A stretch of 64,000 bases of DNA from a virus (lineage: Duplodnaviria > Caudoviricetes): positions 21,139-85,138 of IMG/VR virus record IMGVR_UViG_2974556156_000001; one strand, given 5' to 3'. The notes under the pieces are model-generated. The model saw only the letters and a program-made list of their open reading frames with translations, had not been told where the DNA came from and searched no databases. Every line of letters begins with the position of its first letter. Positions within the stretch are counted from its first letter, which is position 1. A program made the translations under genes and the position numbers. Shown piece by piece: positions 28,841 to 38,882 of the stretch.

Positions 28841-29051
28841 TTTCGATGAGCCTCTGGCATGTGCGGAACAGGGCCTCAACCTCACCACGGCGGTGGCGGT
28901 TCTGAGCGGCCCAGACAGCATGGTTGTCGCGGTCGACCTCGGTGTAGATCGTCCGCAAAAGAGCGCGTTGGGGATCGGTAAGCGGCAGGTTGTCGATGCA
29001 CCAGGCGAAAGTCGTCAGGCGGTCGATCTTGCGGAACTGTTCAGGCGACAT
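28824..29051 (-). CDS. Small hypothetical protein between sbcD-like and sbcC-like genes
   Basis: MSPEQFRK... overlaps both neighbours. Confidence 0.55.
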   Translation of the reverse strand: MSPEQFRKIDRLTTFAWCIDNLPLTDPQRALLRTIYTEVDRDNHAVWAAQNRHRRGEVEALFRTCQRLIENAEPA

Positions 29052-30060
29052 TCTGGTCGTCGTCTTCCAACTTCTTCTCGGAGATCTTCTCGCGGACCTT
29101 CTCGGCCACATCGGGCCGCAACCCAACCTGGTTGATGGCCTGGCCCAGTAGCTGGTCCAGGTCGAAGGCCTCGAAGTCGACCTCGTTCAGCTCGCCCGTC
29201 TCCTCGACGCCCTCACGGACGACGATCAGGGAGAGGCAATCGATCGGAATGTCGAGCACCTCGTCGCGGGCCATCGTGATCCGCAGGTTCTTGTCGACGA
29301 AGGCGTCCGGGTCGGCCAGGACCTGGGCCAAGGTGCGGGTAACGTACAGACGCTCCTCACCATCTTGGCTGTGGTCGTAGGGTTGCATCGAGCCTGTAAC
29401 GTGAACAGGGATGCCAGCGATGATCTCGTCGCGCTTGTTGTGGTCGTGACCCGTGACGACACGGCTGACGCCCAGAGCGGCCAGCTCGGCAGCGGGAACG
29501 TAGTTGTCGCTGGCCTCCTGCCGGCGGTCGACGTCCCAGTGGCCGTAGGCGATGACGCTGAAGCCCTGCTTGATGGCGTTCTCGATCGTGCCAGCAACGC
29601 CCGCGACCAGCTCCTTGGCGGTCTCGACCGGATGCCAGGGGAGGAAGACGTGAACTTCCTTCTCGTCCTCCAACGGCAGCCAGCCCGGTACGTCGTCGTA
29701 GATTTCGATCCGGCGACCAGGGCTCAGACTGGCGACGACCAGCTTGAAGATCTGGAAGGCCGTGATCTTCTCGACATCGCGGCTGGCGTCGTGGTTGCCC
29801 CGGTAGAGGATGTACTTGACCTGGGGGTTGCGGCCGGACGCTTCGGCGTAGGCTCGGGCCGCTCGGAAGATCACGCCGTAGGGGACGATCGCCTCATCGA
29901 ACAGGTCGCCGACCTGGATGTGGATGTCGCCCGGCGACACGTCGTTCAAGTGGGCTTCGAACTCGGCCCACTGCATACGTTCCCGGTCGCCCCGGCGGTG
30001 CAGTGGGACGTTGTTCTTGAAGCGCTTGCCCAGGTGGACATCGCCGAGGAGTTTGATCAT
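29041..30060 (-). CDS. sbcD: SbcD/Mre11-like metallophosphoesterase nuclease
   Basis: GDVHLG, GDLFD, GNHD, GHDH motifs. Confidence 0.9.
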   Translation of the reverse strand: MIKLLGDVHLGKRFKNNVPLHRRGDRERMQWAEFEAHLNDVSPGDIHIQVGDLFDEAIVPYGVIFRAARAYAEASGRNPQVKYILYRGNHDASRDVEKITAFQIFKLVVASLSPGRRIEIYDDVPGWLPLEDEKEVHVFLPWHPVETAKELVAGVAGTIENAIKQGFSVIAYGHWDVDRRQEASDNYVPAAELAALGVSRVVTGHDHNKRDEIIAGIPVHVTGSMQPYDHSQDGEERLYVTRTLAQVLADPDAFVDKNLRITMARDEVLDIPIDCLSLIVVREGVEETGELNEVDFEAFDLDQLLGQAINQVGLRPDVAEKVREKISEKKLEDDDQNVA

Positions 30061-30077
30061 GAGCTGACCCTGAGATG

Positions 30078-30115
30078 GAAAAGAGAAGGCCGGCTGCCAT
30101 GATAGCAGCCGGCCT
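30078..30115 (-). terminator. Intrinsic terminator
   Basis: 11-bp stem AGGCCGGCTGC/GCAGCCGGCCT followed by UUCUCUUUU on the - strand. Confidence 0.7.
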
Positions 30116-30142
30116 GGTACTTCGGTAGTGGGAGACGACGAA

Positions 30143-30571
30143 TTACTTCGTGCGTTCCAGGTAGATGACCGTGACCTTGGTCGTCTCGGCGTAGAGATCG
30201 ACGCCGGGGTAGAGCCGGTTCAGTTCGGGCGTCATACGATCCTGATCGGTGACGCCGACTTCCGACGGGCTCTTGAAGAACAGGTGGTTGTCGCCGGCCA
30301 GTTGCTTCAGGTTGTCGTAGGGGCCTTCGACGATCTGGGTGACCTTGGCCTCGCCCAGGTCGGGTTCGCCTTCGACGGCCGACTTCAGCTTCACGGTGTC
30401 GCCGACAGCCAGCTTCTTGTCGAAACCGACGCGGAAGGTGTTGAAGACGTCGCCGACCCCGACGGTCGACAGGTCTTCGAACTTCAGCGCCTTACCGACC
30501 GGATCGGTCAGGGCTTCCGGCGGCGGGGCGGCGTTGGTGTCAGTCACCAGCGGGGATTCGTTCTTCGACAT
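30143..30571 (-). CDS. Hypothetical protein, possibly ASCH/PUA-like
   Basis: NTFRVG...LAVGDTVKL...GEAKVT..., ELNRLYPG, VTVIYL pattern. Confidence 0.45.
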   Translation of the reverse strand: MSKNESPLVTDTNAAPPPEALTDPVGKALKFEDLSTVGVGDVFNTFRVGFDKKLAVGDTVKLKSAVEGEPDLGEAKVTQIVEGPYDNLKQLAGDNHLFFKSPSEVGVTDQDRMTPELNRLYPGVDLYAETTKVTVIYLERTK

Positions 30572-31127
30572 CGGAGGCTCCGAACTTCTGCTTGGCGGTC
30601 AGGATGACGGCCAGTTGGTGGAAACTATCGTCGAGCGCGTGGTGGGCGTTACCCACCATGGGCACTTCACGGTCAAACGCAGGAGCGCCCGGATTGCCGC
30701 GCATACCCCTGATGAAAGACTGCATATCGACAACGTCCCGGAAGTGGAAGGGGTTGTCGACTTCGAACTCGCGGAAGTAGCTCTCGAACCACGGCCACTC
30801 GAAGGTCGCGGGCTTGGCCCACAGGCGGGGAGAGTGCAGAGCGCCCGAAGTTTCACGGACGAACTTCTTAATCTGCTCCAGGCCGTCGCGCGGATGGATC
30901 GGGTTCTCGGTCACCCGGCGGAAGACCTCAGGCGGCTGGCCAGCCCACCAGTTGCGAGTGCCCTCGTCCCAGCGGCGGGTCGGCGGCATCCACATGTTCA
31001 CACACAGGCTCGGGCCGATCTCGCCGGTGTCGTAGTTGAAAGCGACCAACGCCGCCTGGATCATCGCACCCTTACCGGAGTCGGTATCGGTGGTTTCGAT
31101 GTCCGTCATGAAGTCATAGAACGCCAT
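30540..31127 (-). CDS. DEDDh 3'-5' exonuclease (Rv2179c-like)
   Basis: TDIETT, LWAKPATFE, HHALDD. Confidence 0.85.
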   Translation of the reverse strand: MAFYDFMTDIETTDTDSGKGAMIQAALVAFNYDTGEIGPSLCVNMWMPPTRRWDEGTRNWWAGQPPEVFRRVTENPIHPRDGLEQIKKFVRETSGALHSPRLWAKPATFEWPWFESYFREFEVDNPFHFRDVVDMQSFIRGMRGNPGAPAFDREVPMVGNAHHALDDSFHQLAVILTAKQKFGASDVEERIPAGD

Positions 31128-31543
31128 TGTAGTCCCTTGTTGATCAGTTCGTACTTGGGGATGGAAGACTTGCCGCAGTCCCGATAAAATTCGATCAGGT
31201 CATACGGGATCTTGAACCACTCATCGGTAGCGATGAAGTGCATATAGACGAAGTACGGCCCACCGGCGGCTCGGATCATCTTCGCGAATGCTCGCTGCGT
31301 CTTCTTCAGCAGCTTGAACTCGAAACGATCCACGTCGGTGATCGTCGACTTCACCTCAGCGTAGTGGATCACACCGTTCTCCGTCACCAGCCGGTCGGCT
31401 GGCTGGGCGTCGATGTGAACCACCCGCCGGTTCTGCCCAGTCGCCTTGCTGGCGTCGGTGAAGGCGAAGACGTGAGCCAGCTTTCCTTGACGGGTCCAGA
31501 ACTCGTCGAACAGCTGCTCGCTAAGCTTGCCAGTGTTTTTCAT
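31106..31543 (-). CDS. PD-(D/E)xK nuclease, Holliday junction resolvase-like
   Basis: QPADRLV...YAEVKST, Q..F.......GGPYFV. Confidence 0.7.
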   Translation of the reverse strand: MKNTGKLSEQLFDEFWTRQGKLAHVFAFTDASKATGQNRRVVHIDAQPADRLVTENGVIHYAEVKSTITDVDRFEFKLLKKTQRAFAKMIRAAGGPYFVYMHFIATDEWFKIPYDLIEFYRDCGKSSIPKYELINKGLQWRSMTS

Positions 31544-31860
31544 CGCTCGATCTTGATGTTGGGCATGCGCTTGAGGAACTTGCCCGTCTTCAGGTTGATG
31601 GTGGTCGGCTTGGGCTGTTCGGCGCAGCGCTCAATCTTCCACTTCTCCTCCCACCGTTGCCGAGCATCCTTCATCTGTTGGGTCGTGGTGGGAGGAAACT
31701 CCTTGGGGAAGCTGCCAGGGTCGATCCAGATGATCTTGGCCTCGGCGAGGACCTCCTTCATCTGGTCGTGGCGGTACTCGAACATGCCGACCCAGGCGAA
31801 GTCCATGTTCCGCTCACGCCCCTGGCGGCGCACGTCTTCGAGGAAATCTTCAAGGGTCAT
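31540..31860 (-). CDS. Hypothetical protein
   Basis: 106 aa, coupled on both sides. Confidence 0.6.
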   Translation of the reverse strand: MTLEDFLEDVRRQGRERNMDFAWVGMFEYRHDQMKEVLAEAKIIWIDPGSFPKEFPPTTTQQMKDARQRWEEKWKIERCAEQPKPTTINLKTGKFLKRMPNIKIER

Positions 31861-34628
31861 GCTGCAGCCAGCTCGCGTTGCTTGAACAGGAAGTCCACCA
31901 CCGCCCGGACCTCGTCGTCGGTAGCCCGCTCGCCAACCCGGTCTTCACCGACGGCGTCGATCTTGGGCAGCTCGAACAGCTCGATCTGGCCATAGGGAGC
32001 CTTCTTCTCGTGGAAGGGCTCGAAGGTCAGGCCGACTGCCGGGGTGGCGTCCAGCTTGAACGTCGGGAAGACGTCCGGGTGATCCATCATCACCTCGCGG
32101 GCCATAGCGATAAACTCGACCACGCGGTCGCGGTGAACCGACCAGACCTTCTCGTCGTGGATGGGGATCATGAACCGGGCCTCGCGGTCGGTCCAACCCA
32201 TCTCCTTCAGGCGACGCTTGCACTCCAGGATCGAGCGCTTGATGATGAAGGCGTTCGTGCCTTGCACCATGGCGTTGACCAACTGGTTGGCGGCTCGCTT
32301 GTGGATCCGGCGGGTGATTTCATGGACGATCGGGTTCAGCTCGACGATGTCAGGCCACTTGGCCTTGAAAACCGTCATCCACTCGTCGGTCGCCTCGTAG
32401 CGGAACCGGCGATGGCCGTCCGGCAGCTCGACAAACCCGTGCATGTTGCCTTGCAAGATCGTGTTCAACCGCCACTCTTCAGCCTCGGCGAAGCGCGAGC
32501 GATAGAACTCGGTCGCCTCGCCGGTGCGCGAGATCGACCAGCCCATGCGCTCGCCGACCGTGGTCAGGAAGCCGGAGTACCAGTAGTTGAAGTTGGCCCC
32601 CTTGCCGATCTCCGTCCGCCAGTACTTGACGGCCGAGGCACCCGACGAGAACAGCTCGCCCTTCAGGTTGGTGAAGAGGCGGTCGCGCTCGCTATCCAGG
32701 CAGCCGTACTTCTTCTGGAAGTCCGCACCGTTCTCGAACTTCTTGAGGTCCTTAAAGATCTCCTCGTTCATCCAAGGGATCTCGACCCGCAGAATGTCAG
32801 CCGCCGCGCCCGAGTGCATGTCCTGGTGCGGCAGTTGGCCGAAGGCCTTGTGAAAGGTCGTGTCGTTCGAGAGCTGGCCGATGATGACCAACTCGAAGGC
32901 CGACCAATCCAGCGAGACGATGACGTGGTCGTCGTAGTCCGGCTCGAAGAAGCCGCGCACGTAGGTGCTCTCGCCGCGCTTGGCCAGCTGCATTGGGTTG
33001 GGTGAGCTGGCCGCCAGGCGGCGGGTGTTGAGCAGGCAGTTGACCACCGGGTACATGCGCTGCGTCTCGGGGTCGGTCAGCAGCACGTAGGGCGTCAGAT
33101 ACAGTTTCATGCGCTGCTCGACGCCGGCCATAGCCGTCAGAGTTTCGATGACCGTGATCTTGGCCTCATCCGGGTCGTTCTGGCGTAGCCAGTCGAGAAC
33201 CTTGCCGCGCGCCTCGCCGTCGCTGGCGACAGCACCCTTGTCGAACATCATCTTACCGCGCAACAGATCGTAGAGGATCACGCGGGCGACCATATAGTGG
33301 GTGATCGACAGCTCTGACTTGATGGGCTTGCCCTTGGCTGTGTACTTGATCCGCTCAGGCTGTTCCTCAGCCCAGGCGTTGCTGACCGGCGAGCTGACTT
33401 GCTGGCACTGCTGGAAGTCGTCGTCGCTGTCAGGCAGCGCCGCCCAGTCGCTGATCTTCTTGCGGTAGCGGGTGTAGCCCTGGGCAGCCGTGGGCTTCTC
33501 ACCGTCATAGTACCACGACTGGCGCTTGCACAGTTCAGGCTCGGGTTGCGGATCCCACTCGATCTTGCGGATCGCCTCCTTCAACACGCGCAGCAGCCTG
33601 GCGAACTCGGCCCGCTCGACCACCCGGCGGCTCTCGATGGCTGAGAAGTTGACCTTCATGCCCGCGCGCCAGATGTCGCTGAACACGTAGATCATCGGGT
33701 TTTCTTGGGTGAAGAACGTCTCCAAGGCGCGCGGGCTGTGGATCGCGACGTATTCCATCAGCTTGTCGAACAGCGGCACCACCCAGTAGGCGTCTTCTGC
33801 ACCATACGAGGAGACCTCATCGCCAGTGATCTGGCCCATGTGGGCGTTGTCGCCCAAGGTCTCCTGGAAGGTGTCCATCTTGTGCCCGAAGAACTTCCAG
33901 ACGAGGTTCTTCAGGCCGTGGCCGTAGGAGATCTCCTTGACGAACCCGTTGTAGGAGGTCGAACCGTCGGCGGTCTTGGAGGTGATCTTGCCGATGATCT
34001 CGTCGACCTCACGGCTGAACTTGCGGCGCATGCCGCCGTCCTCGTCAGGTTCCAGATCGTTGGGTGTCGTCTTCAAGGCGGCATACATCAACGGCCGGAG
34101 ATGCTGCTCCAGGTCGTTCAGACCTTGAGCCATGAACTCGACCTTGTCGTAGTTGTCGTCGCCGAACGCAGTGACCGACAGCTGCATGGTGCAGACGATG
34201 TTCGTCAGCTGGTATCCGTGACACTGCGCGAACATGGTGATTTCGTAGGGCGCATTGTGTGCGATCCAGATCGCGCCCTCTGGCTTGGCCTCAATGATCG
34301 GCAAGACCTCATCCCAGCTCAGTCGGTTCTCAACGTCCTTATGAGCAAGATTGAAGTAGTAGGCGAATTGAGAGTCACGCGGAAACAGTGAGAACCCGGT
34401 CATCACTGTGCGGTTGACGTCGAAGACCAGTTTCTTGTTGCCGGCCTTCTTGCGGGTGTCCTCGTTCACCTTCATGAAAAGGTTCAGACCTTGATGGCGA
34501 TTATCGTCGTGCGTCTCGCAGTCGATGCCGACCATAGTGGTCGTAGCGCGCATAAGGTCGATCAACAGGGGCTTCATCTCATCGATGTTGCGGCGGTCGA
34601 TCAGGATCGTGGGGACAGGAAGGGCCAT
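31857..34628 (-). CDS. polA: Family A DNA polymerase with 3'-5' exonuclease domain
   Basis: IDCET, AHNAPYE, YGAEDA; motif A LDWSAFEL, motif B RTEIGKGANFNYWY (Phe at the 762-equivalent position), motif C IPIHDE. Confidence 0.93.
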   Translation of the reverse strand: MALPVPTILIDRRNIDEMKPLLIDLMRATTTMVGIDCETHDDNRHQGLNLFMKVNEDTRKKAGNKKLVFDVNRTVMTGFSLFPRDSQFAYYFNLAHKDVENRLSWDEVLPIIEAKPEGAIWIAHNAPYEITMFAQCHGYQLTNIVCTMQLSVTAFGDDNYDKVEFMAQGLNDLEQHLRPLMYAALKTTPNDLEPDEDGGMRRKFSREVDEIIGKITSKTADGSTSYNGFVKEISYGHGLKNLVWKFFGHKMDTFQETLGDNAHMGQITGDEVSSYGAEDAYWVVPLFDKLMEYVAIHSPRALETFFTQENPMIYVFSDIWRAGMKVNFSAIESRRVVERAEFARLLRVLKEAIRKIEWDPQPEPELCKRQSWYYDGEKPTAAQGYTRYRKKISDWAALPDSDDDFQQCQQVSSPVSNAWAEEQPERIKYTAKGKPIKSELSITHYMVARVILYDLLRGKMMFDKGAVASDGEARGKVLDWLRQNDPDEAKITVIETLTAMAGVEQRMKLYLTPYVLLTDPETQRMYPVVNCLLNTRRLAASSPNPMQLAKRGESTYVRGFFEPDYDDHVIVSLDWSAFELVIIGQLSNDTTFHKAFGQLPHQDMHSGAAADILRVEIPWMNEEIFKDLKKFENGADFQKKYGCLDSERDRLFTNLKGELFSSGASAVKYWRTEIGKGANFNYWYSGFLTTVGERMGWSISRTGEATEFYRSRFAEAEEWRLNTILQGNMHGFVELPDGHRRFRYEATDEWMTVFKAKWPDIVELNPIVHEITRRIHKRAANQLVNAMVQGTNAFIIKRSILECKRRLKEMGWTDREARFMIPIHDEKVWSVHRDRVVEFIAMAREVMMDHPDVFPTFKLDATPAVGLTFEPFHEKKAPYGQIELFELPKIDAVGEDRVGERATDDEVRAVVDFLFKQRELAAA

Positions 34629-34650
34629 GAGCTGGTCTCTAAATGGAGAA

Positions 34651-34674
34651 AGGCCCGCCCCGAAGGGCGGGCCT
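34651..34674 (-). terminator. Stem-loop with UUCG loop upstream of polA
   Basis: 10-bp GC stem, C(UUCG)G on the - strand, short UUCU tail. Confidence 0.55.
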
Positions 34675-34692
34675 GGGATAGGCGCCGAAGCG

Positions 34693-35085
34693 CTATTCGC
34701 TGGGGGTCGGAGCAGCCGAAGCCTGATGGATCGCGGCTTGCAGCTCAGCCTCCGTCGCCGCCGACAGATCGATGGTCTTGACGGTTTCGAAGTCGTTCAG
34801 GTTTTCCTTGTTGCCGCCGGCCACGAGGACCACCGACAGCTGGCCGCCCAGAACTTCTTCCTGGAAGGTGCCGAACTTGGGCTTGCGGGTGCCGTACTTG
34901 ACCGGGTCGCCGTTCTTCAGCGGGCGCTTCAGCAGCGTCAGGTCTTGATCGTAGAGGTCGAGCGCATCGTGATCGAGATGGGTGTCGAGCTTCACGCGGA
35001 TGTTGCCGTCCGCGCCGACACTTTCGACGAGGCCCTTGATGGTGACCAGATCACCTTCTTGATATTGGCTGGCGGTCTTCGCCAT
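34693..35085 (-). CDS. Hypothetical protein
   Basis: 130 aa, AAGGAG RBS. Confidence 0.7.
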   Translation of the reverse strand: MAKTASQYQEGDLVTIKGLVESVGADGNIRVKLDTHLDHDALDLYDQDLTLLKRPLKNGDPVKYGTRKPKFGTFQEEVLGGQLSVVLVAGGNKENLNDFETVKTIDLSAATEAELQAAIHQASAAPTPSE

Positions 35086-35087
35086 AG

Positions 35088-35378
35088 TTAGATCTCCTTA
35101 GAGGGGTGGTTGAGCTTGGCTCGTTCAATCGCGGAGACCAATCGCTTGGCCTTGCGATCATCTTCCCGCATCGCCTTCACTTGACGCTTACGGGCAAGAT
35201 CCTTGGCGAGGGTGCTCATGCCCGGCTTCACGGGCACGGCGACGCCTCGAATGTTCTCATAGGTCGCGCCTTCCAGGCGTTCCTTCTCGACCTTCTCGCG
35301 CAGTCTGGCGCGGTTGATGCGGTGCCAGTCGGCTTGAGGGGCCAGCTCGGCAGGGATGTCATCACCCTTCAGTCTCAC
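35088..35378 (-). CDS. Hypothetical basic protein
   Basis: GTG 35378 overlapping the exonuclease stop, GAGG RBS. Confidence 0.6.
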   Translation of the reverse strand: MRLKGDDIPAELAPQADWHRINRARLREKVEKERLEGATYENIRGVAVPVKPGMSTLAKDLARKRQVKAMREDDRKAKRLVSAIERAKLNHPSKEI

Positions 35379-36166
35379 AGCATGTACCTCTTCATCATCT
35401 CCATCAGGGCAGCCGGGTCGTCCGTTCCCTGCTTCAGATGCCCATGTAGAACATCGTGCGGGATAGGTAGCGGCTCGATAATCCGTGCCATGATCGCCCA
35501 TTCGGTGCGGTTCTCCTGGCTGGAGAGCCAGGTCACCGACGCCTTACTGATGCCAGCCGCCAGGCACTGCTCCTCGTTGACCGGCTGGCTGGGGTCAGCC
35601 CGGACGGCATCAAGGATCTTCTGCAGAGCGACCTTGTCGGCCTTCTCCCAGGCCCCGTCGCCGAAGCCCTTCAGACCAGGAATGGTGTCCGACTGATCGC
35701 CGACGTAGGCCTTGTAGAGCCGCACGAGGTCATGCTGGATCTTGCCCGTGTACTCGCACGTAATCCTGGTCGGGGCCAGGCAGCGTAGGGCGGCCAAGTC
35801 GCCGTCTCGGGCGGCGATGGTGATCGGATAGTCGGTGGTGTCGACGAAGTGCTTGGTCAGGGCTGCGACCACGTCGTCCCCTTCGAAGCCGGGGATCTGA
35901 ACCTGCCAGCTGTTGGTCAGACCAATCAGCTCACGGACGAAATTCAGGTTCTTCATGATGTCGGGATTGCTGGGCGGCCGGCTCTTGTAGCGGGGAAAGA
36001 GCGCACGTCGCGCATCATTGCCCTTGTAGCCGTCCCACACCCAAACGCGGAAGATGAGCGCGTTGGTGCCAGTCAGGTTGAGAATACCCCGGATGAAATC
36101 CTGGGGTCGCTCAGACTCCATCTTGACGCGCACCCAGGAGTTCGCATCGACGATGACGAGGCGCAT
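35375..36166 (-). CDS. 5'-3' exonuclease / flap endonuclease
   Basis: VDANS, VWDG, RRALFPRYK, FEGDD, DGDL, GDQSDTIPGLKGFG. Confidence 0.9.
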   Translation of the reverse strand: MRLVIVDANSWVRVKMESERPQDFIRGILNLTGTNALIFRVWVWDGYKGNDARRALFPRYKSRPPSNPDIMKNLNFVRELIGLTNSWQVQIPGFEGDDVVAALTKHFVDTTDYPITIAARDGDLAALRCLAPTRITCEYTGKIQHDLVRLYKAYVGDQSDTIPGLKGFGDGAWEKADKVALQKILDAVRADPSQPVNEEQCLAAGISKASVTWLSSQENRTEWAIMARIIEPLPIPHDVLHGHLKQGTDDPAALMEMMKRYML

Positions 36167-36191
36167 GGTAGTTCTCGTGGTAGAGAGTGAT

Positions 36192-36217
36192 GAGGCCGGC
36201 CCTTACGGGCCGGCCTC
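36192..36217 (-). promoter_or_regulatory. 11-bp stem with GNRA loop (GUAA), no U-tract
   Basis: GAGGCCGGCCC-TTAC-GGGCCGGCCTC. Confidence 0.55.
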
Positions 36218-36236
36218 TAAGCCTGGCTGAAGGGGT

Positions 36237-36989
36237 TTAGCCTTCGGACTGGCTATCCTTGAACGAGATGTCGACGACCTTGAAGTCGTCGAACAGAGCT
36301 GCGCCCCAGTTGTTGCCGTTGCCCGAGCGAGCCTTGAACTTCAGCTTGCCGGCCAGGATCAAGTTGTCGTCGATCTGGCCCAGAGTGCGCATGTCGTCGA
36401 ACGGCTTGATGAAGGCGGCGAAGTCCTTGAAGTTGGTGACCGAGGCGGTCCAGCCCAGGGTCTGACCGGCTTCGATCAGCGCCTGACCCTTCTTCTCGCC
36501 CTTTTCGGCCGTCAGCGTCTCACGCATCGTGAACGGGATGTCCACGGTGGGGTAGTCGCCACGGCACTTGGGGTCCGAGGCCATGGCCTCGGAAATCGCC
36601 GCCTGCCAGGACTTCTTGGTTCGGCTTTCGACCAGTCGGTCGAAGGACTTCAGGTACTTGGTCGGCGAAGCGCCGTAGCGCAGGCCGTAGTAGGGAACCA
36701 CGTCGCCGAGACGGAACTCGACGTCGATTTCCTCGAAGGTGTTCATCAGATCGGTCCCGATCAGGAAACCGGTCTTATCGACCTTGAGGTAGGCGTCGAC
36801 CCGCAGGCCGCCCTGGTTGAGGACTTCGCCGAGCGAGACCGGCTTGCCACCCGATTGGGCGACAGCGGTGCCGGCACCCGGCACAGCCACAGCCCCACCA
36901 CCCGTTTCTTGGTCGGCGGCGGTGTTGGCGGCGTTGGCGGCGAGAGCGCGAGCAGCAGCGATCGAAGCGTTGATAGCGTCAGCGGACAT
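36237..36989 (-). CDS. Putative ssDNA-binding / recombination protein
   Basis: Low-complexity Ala/Gly N-terminus, aromatic-rich beta core, acidic tail; lies between helicase and flap exonuclease and is flanked by hairpins. Confidence 0.45.
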   Translation of the reverse strand: MSADAINASIAAARALAANAANTAADQETGGGAVAVPGAGTAVAQSGGKPVSLGEVLNQGGLRVDAYLKVDKTGFLIGTDLMNTFEEIDVEFRLGDVVPYYGLRYGASPTKYLKSFDRLVESRTKKSWQAAISEAMASDPKCRGDYPTVDIPFTMRETLTAEKGEKKGQALIEAGQTLGWTASVTNFKDFAAFIKPFDDMRTLGQIDDNLILAGKLKFKARSGNGNNWGAALFDDFKVVDISFKDSQSEG

Positions 36990-37069
36990 CTTTGATCCTA
37001 AAACTAAAAGTGGATTTGACCGCCCGGTTGGGCGGCCGAGGGGTACTAGATACTATTACTTCGGATCCC

Positions 37070-38560
37070 TCAAGTCCGAAGTGGCTGTCCGAAGCGATTT
37101 CCAAATTGGTCCATCGTTTCGAAATGGTTGAAGCGGATGACGTCCTGGGTCGGGTCCACCTTGTGGGCGTCCAAGGACTTGTCCTCCAGGATCTGCATCA
37201 GACGCAGGTCCATGCTGTCGTAATAGGCCATGGTTGTCAGGCGCAGCGGTACGCCTCGAACACCTCGAATGGTGCGCTTGAAACCCTGGCTGAAGTCGTT
37301 GGGCAGGTAGCTGAGCGACATGAAGATCACATGCTCGGTCTCGACCCGCTGCGGTCCCCAGAATTGCCAGTTGAACCCCACGCTGGCGACAGCTGGTGAG
37401 GCGATCATGACCTGCGCACGGCCCTCCTTGAAGTCCAAGTCGGCCTGGCCACGGGTGGCCTTGTTCTCCCCGTTCATCATCCGCCAGGTCAGACCCATCT
37501 CGTCGCACAGCTTGGCGATCTGCTTCTGCTGAGGGACGAAGAAGGCGAAGATGATCAGAGGGAGGCCCTTGCGTTGGGCCTCGTCGAGGTGGATCCGAAG
37601 CGCTTCCTCCTTGGCGGGGCGCTTACCCGGCATCAGGTCGATGGGCGGTAGCTTCAGCTTGTGCTCAGGGTCGCGCAGATCCGGGAAGACGTTCGGATGC
37701 TCCTGGATCTGACGAGCCCGGATCGTCGCGGTGCCCGGCAGGGTGCCGTCGATGAAGAAGTGCTCCAGCTCCAGGAAGGCTTCCTTCCTGAACTTCTCGA
37801 ACATGGTCCTCTGGGCCTCGCACATCTCAACCCACTGGACCGTTGGCACGACCGGCTGCTCACCAAAGATGCTCTTGAAGGTCCGGCGGATGCCGTGCCG
37901 CCCGAGGATTGCCCCTAGCTTCTCGTGGTTGTGCCAGGCGATGGGCTTGCCCCGGTCGTCCAGGTAGGCGTGCTCACCCAGGAAGTGGTCGTAACCACCC
38001 CAATAGTAGCGGTTGTCGATCGACTGGATAGCCGGGTAGGCCGTGTCGAGGCGGCCGTTGATGATGGTCCCCGTCATGTGGACCATCTCCTCCATGTGCT
38101 TCGACATCTCGAAGAAGGCCTGGGTCCGGGCCGAGGTCGCACCACCGAAGCACATGTGCATCTCGTCGGTGTCCATCGCCCGGAAGCCCTGGTCGAAGAG
38201 CGCCTGGTAGATGTGGTAGTCGTCCACCCCTGCGACCTTGGCCTTCAGTCGGTCGGGGCCAAGCAGGACGATCCCCGGCTGCTTCTCCAGCTCACGTCTG
38301 ATCTTGGCTGGCGAGCCATCGAGCACCCCGATGTCTTTGTCGGTCAAACCCGTCCAGTCCTTGATCTCCTGGACGTTCTTGGGGATCAGCGACAACGGCT
38401 GGCACCAGATGGTCTTCATGCCCTCCTGCAATCGACGGTACTGGTTGGCCACGACTGAAATGGTCTTGCCCGTTCCGGGGTCGGACAGGTTCATGCACTT
38501 CTTCTGGATGATATAGAAGACCAGGTCGGCGAGCTGGTCGTCACGCATCTTAAGTGCCAC
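37070..38560 (-). CDS. SNF2-like SF2 helicase
   Basis: DPGTGKT, DTDEMH, MTGT, VASVGFN, QGFKRTIR. Confidence 0.88.
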   Translation of the reverse strand: MALKMRDDQLADLVFYIIQKKCMNLSDPGTGKTISVVANQYRRLQEGMKTIWCQPLSLIPKNVQEIKDWTGLTDKDIGVLDGSPAKIRRELEKQPGIVLLGPDRLKAKVAGVDDYHIYQALFDQGFRAMDTDEMHMCFGGATSARTQAFFEMSKHMEEMVHMTGTIINGRLDTAYPAIQSIDNRYYWGGYDHFLGEHAYLDDRGKPIAWHNHEKLGAILGRHGIRRTFKSIFGEQPVVPTVQWVEMCEAQRTMFEKFRKEAFLELEHFFIDGTLPGTATIRARQIQEHPNVFPDLRDPEHKLKLPPIDLMPGKRPAKEEALRIHLDEAQRKGLPLIIFAFFVPQQKQIAKLCDEMGLTWRMMNGENKATRGQADLDFKEGRAQVMIASPAVASVGFNWQFWGPQRVETEHVIFMSLSYLPNDFSQGFKRTIRGVRGVPLRLTTMAYYDSMDLRLMQILEDKSLDAHKVDPTQDVIRFNHFETMDQFGNRFGQPLRT

Positions 38561-38882
38561 GGAAAACTCCTCCGGTGCGGCGCTCGGGCCGGCGCTGGCC
38601 GGCCGGCAACTGGCGCTCCATGATGGCTTGGCGTCCTTTCTCGGTGACCCGAGCGTAGTTGCGGCGAGGGATGGAGCTGCCCTTGCGGAAGATCTCGATC
38701 AAGCCCGCGTGGACCAGGATACCCAGCACCCGCTCTTCGTCACGGCGATAGACCTCCTCGCCGGCCTCACCGGCCAGGGCGACGCGATTGAGGATCATCC
38801 ACTTCATCTCTAGCGTTCTTTTTTGCCGGTTCAGCTCGGTGAAGTACCGGAAGCTAGAGGGTGAGATACGTCGAAGCATCAT
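38550..38882 (-). CDS. Hypothetical protein (winged-helix-like end; start may be 38807)
   Basis: LVHAGLIE...YARVTEKG pattern. Confidence 0.5.
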   Translation of the reverse strand: MMLRRISPSSFRYFTELNRQKRTLEMKWMILNRVALAGEAGEEVYRRDEERVLGILVHAGLIEIFRKGSSIPRRNYARVTEKGRQAIMERQLPAGQRRPERRTGGVFRGT

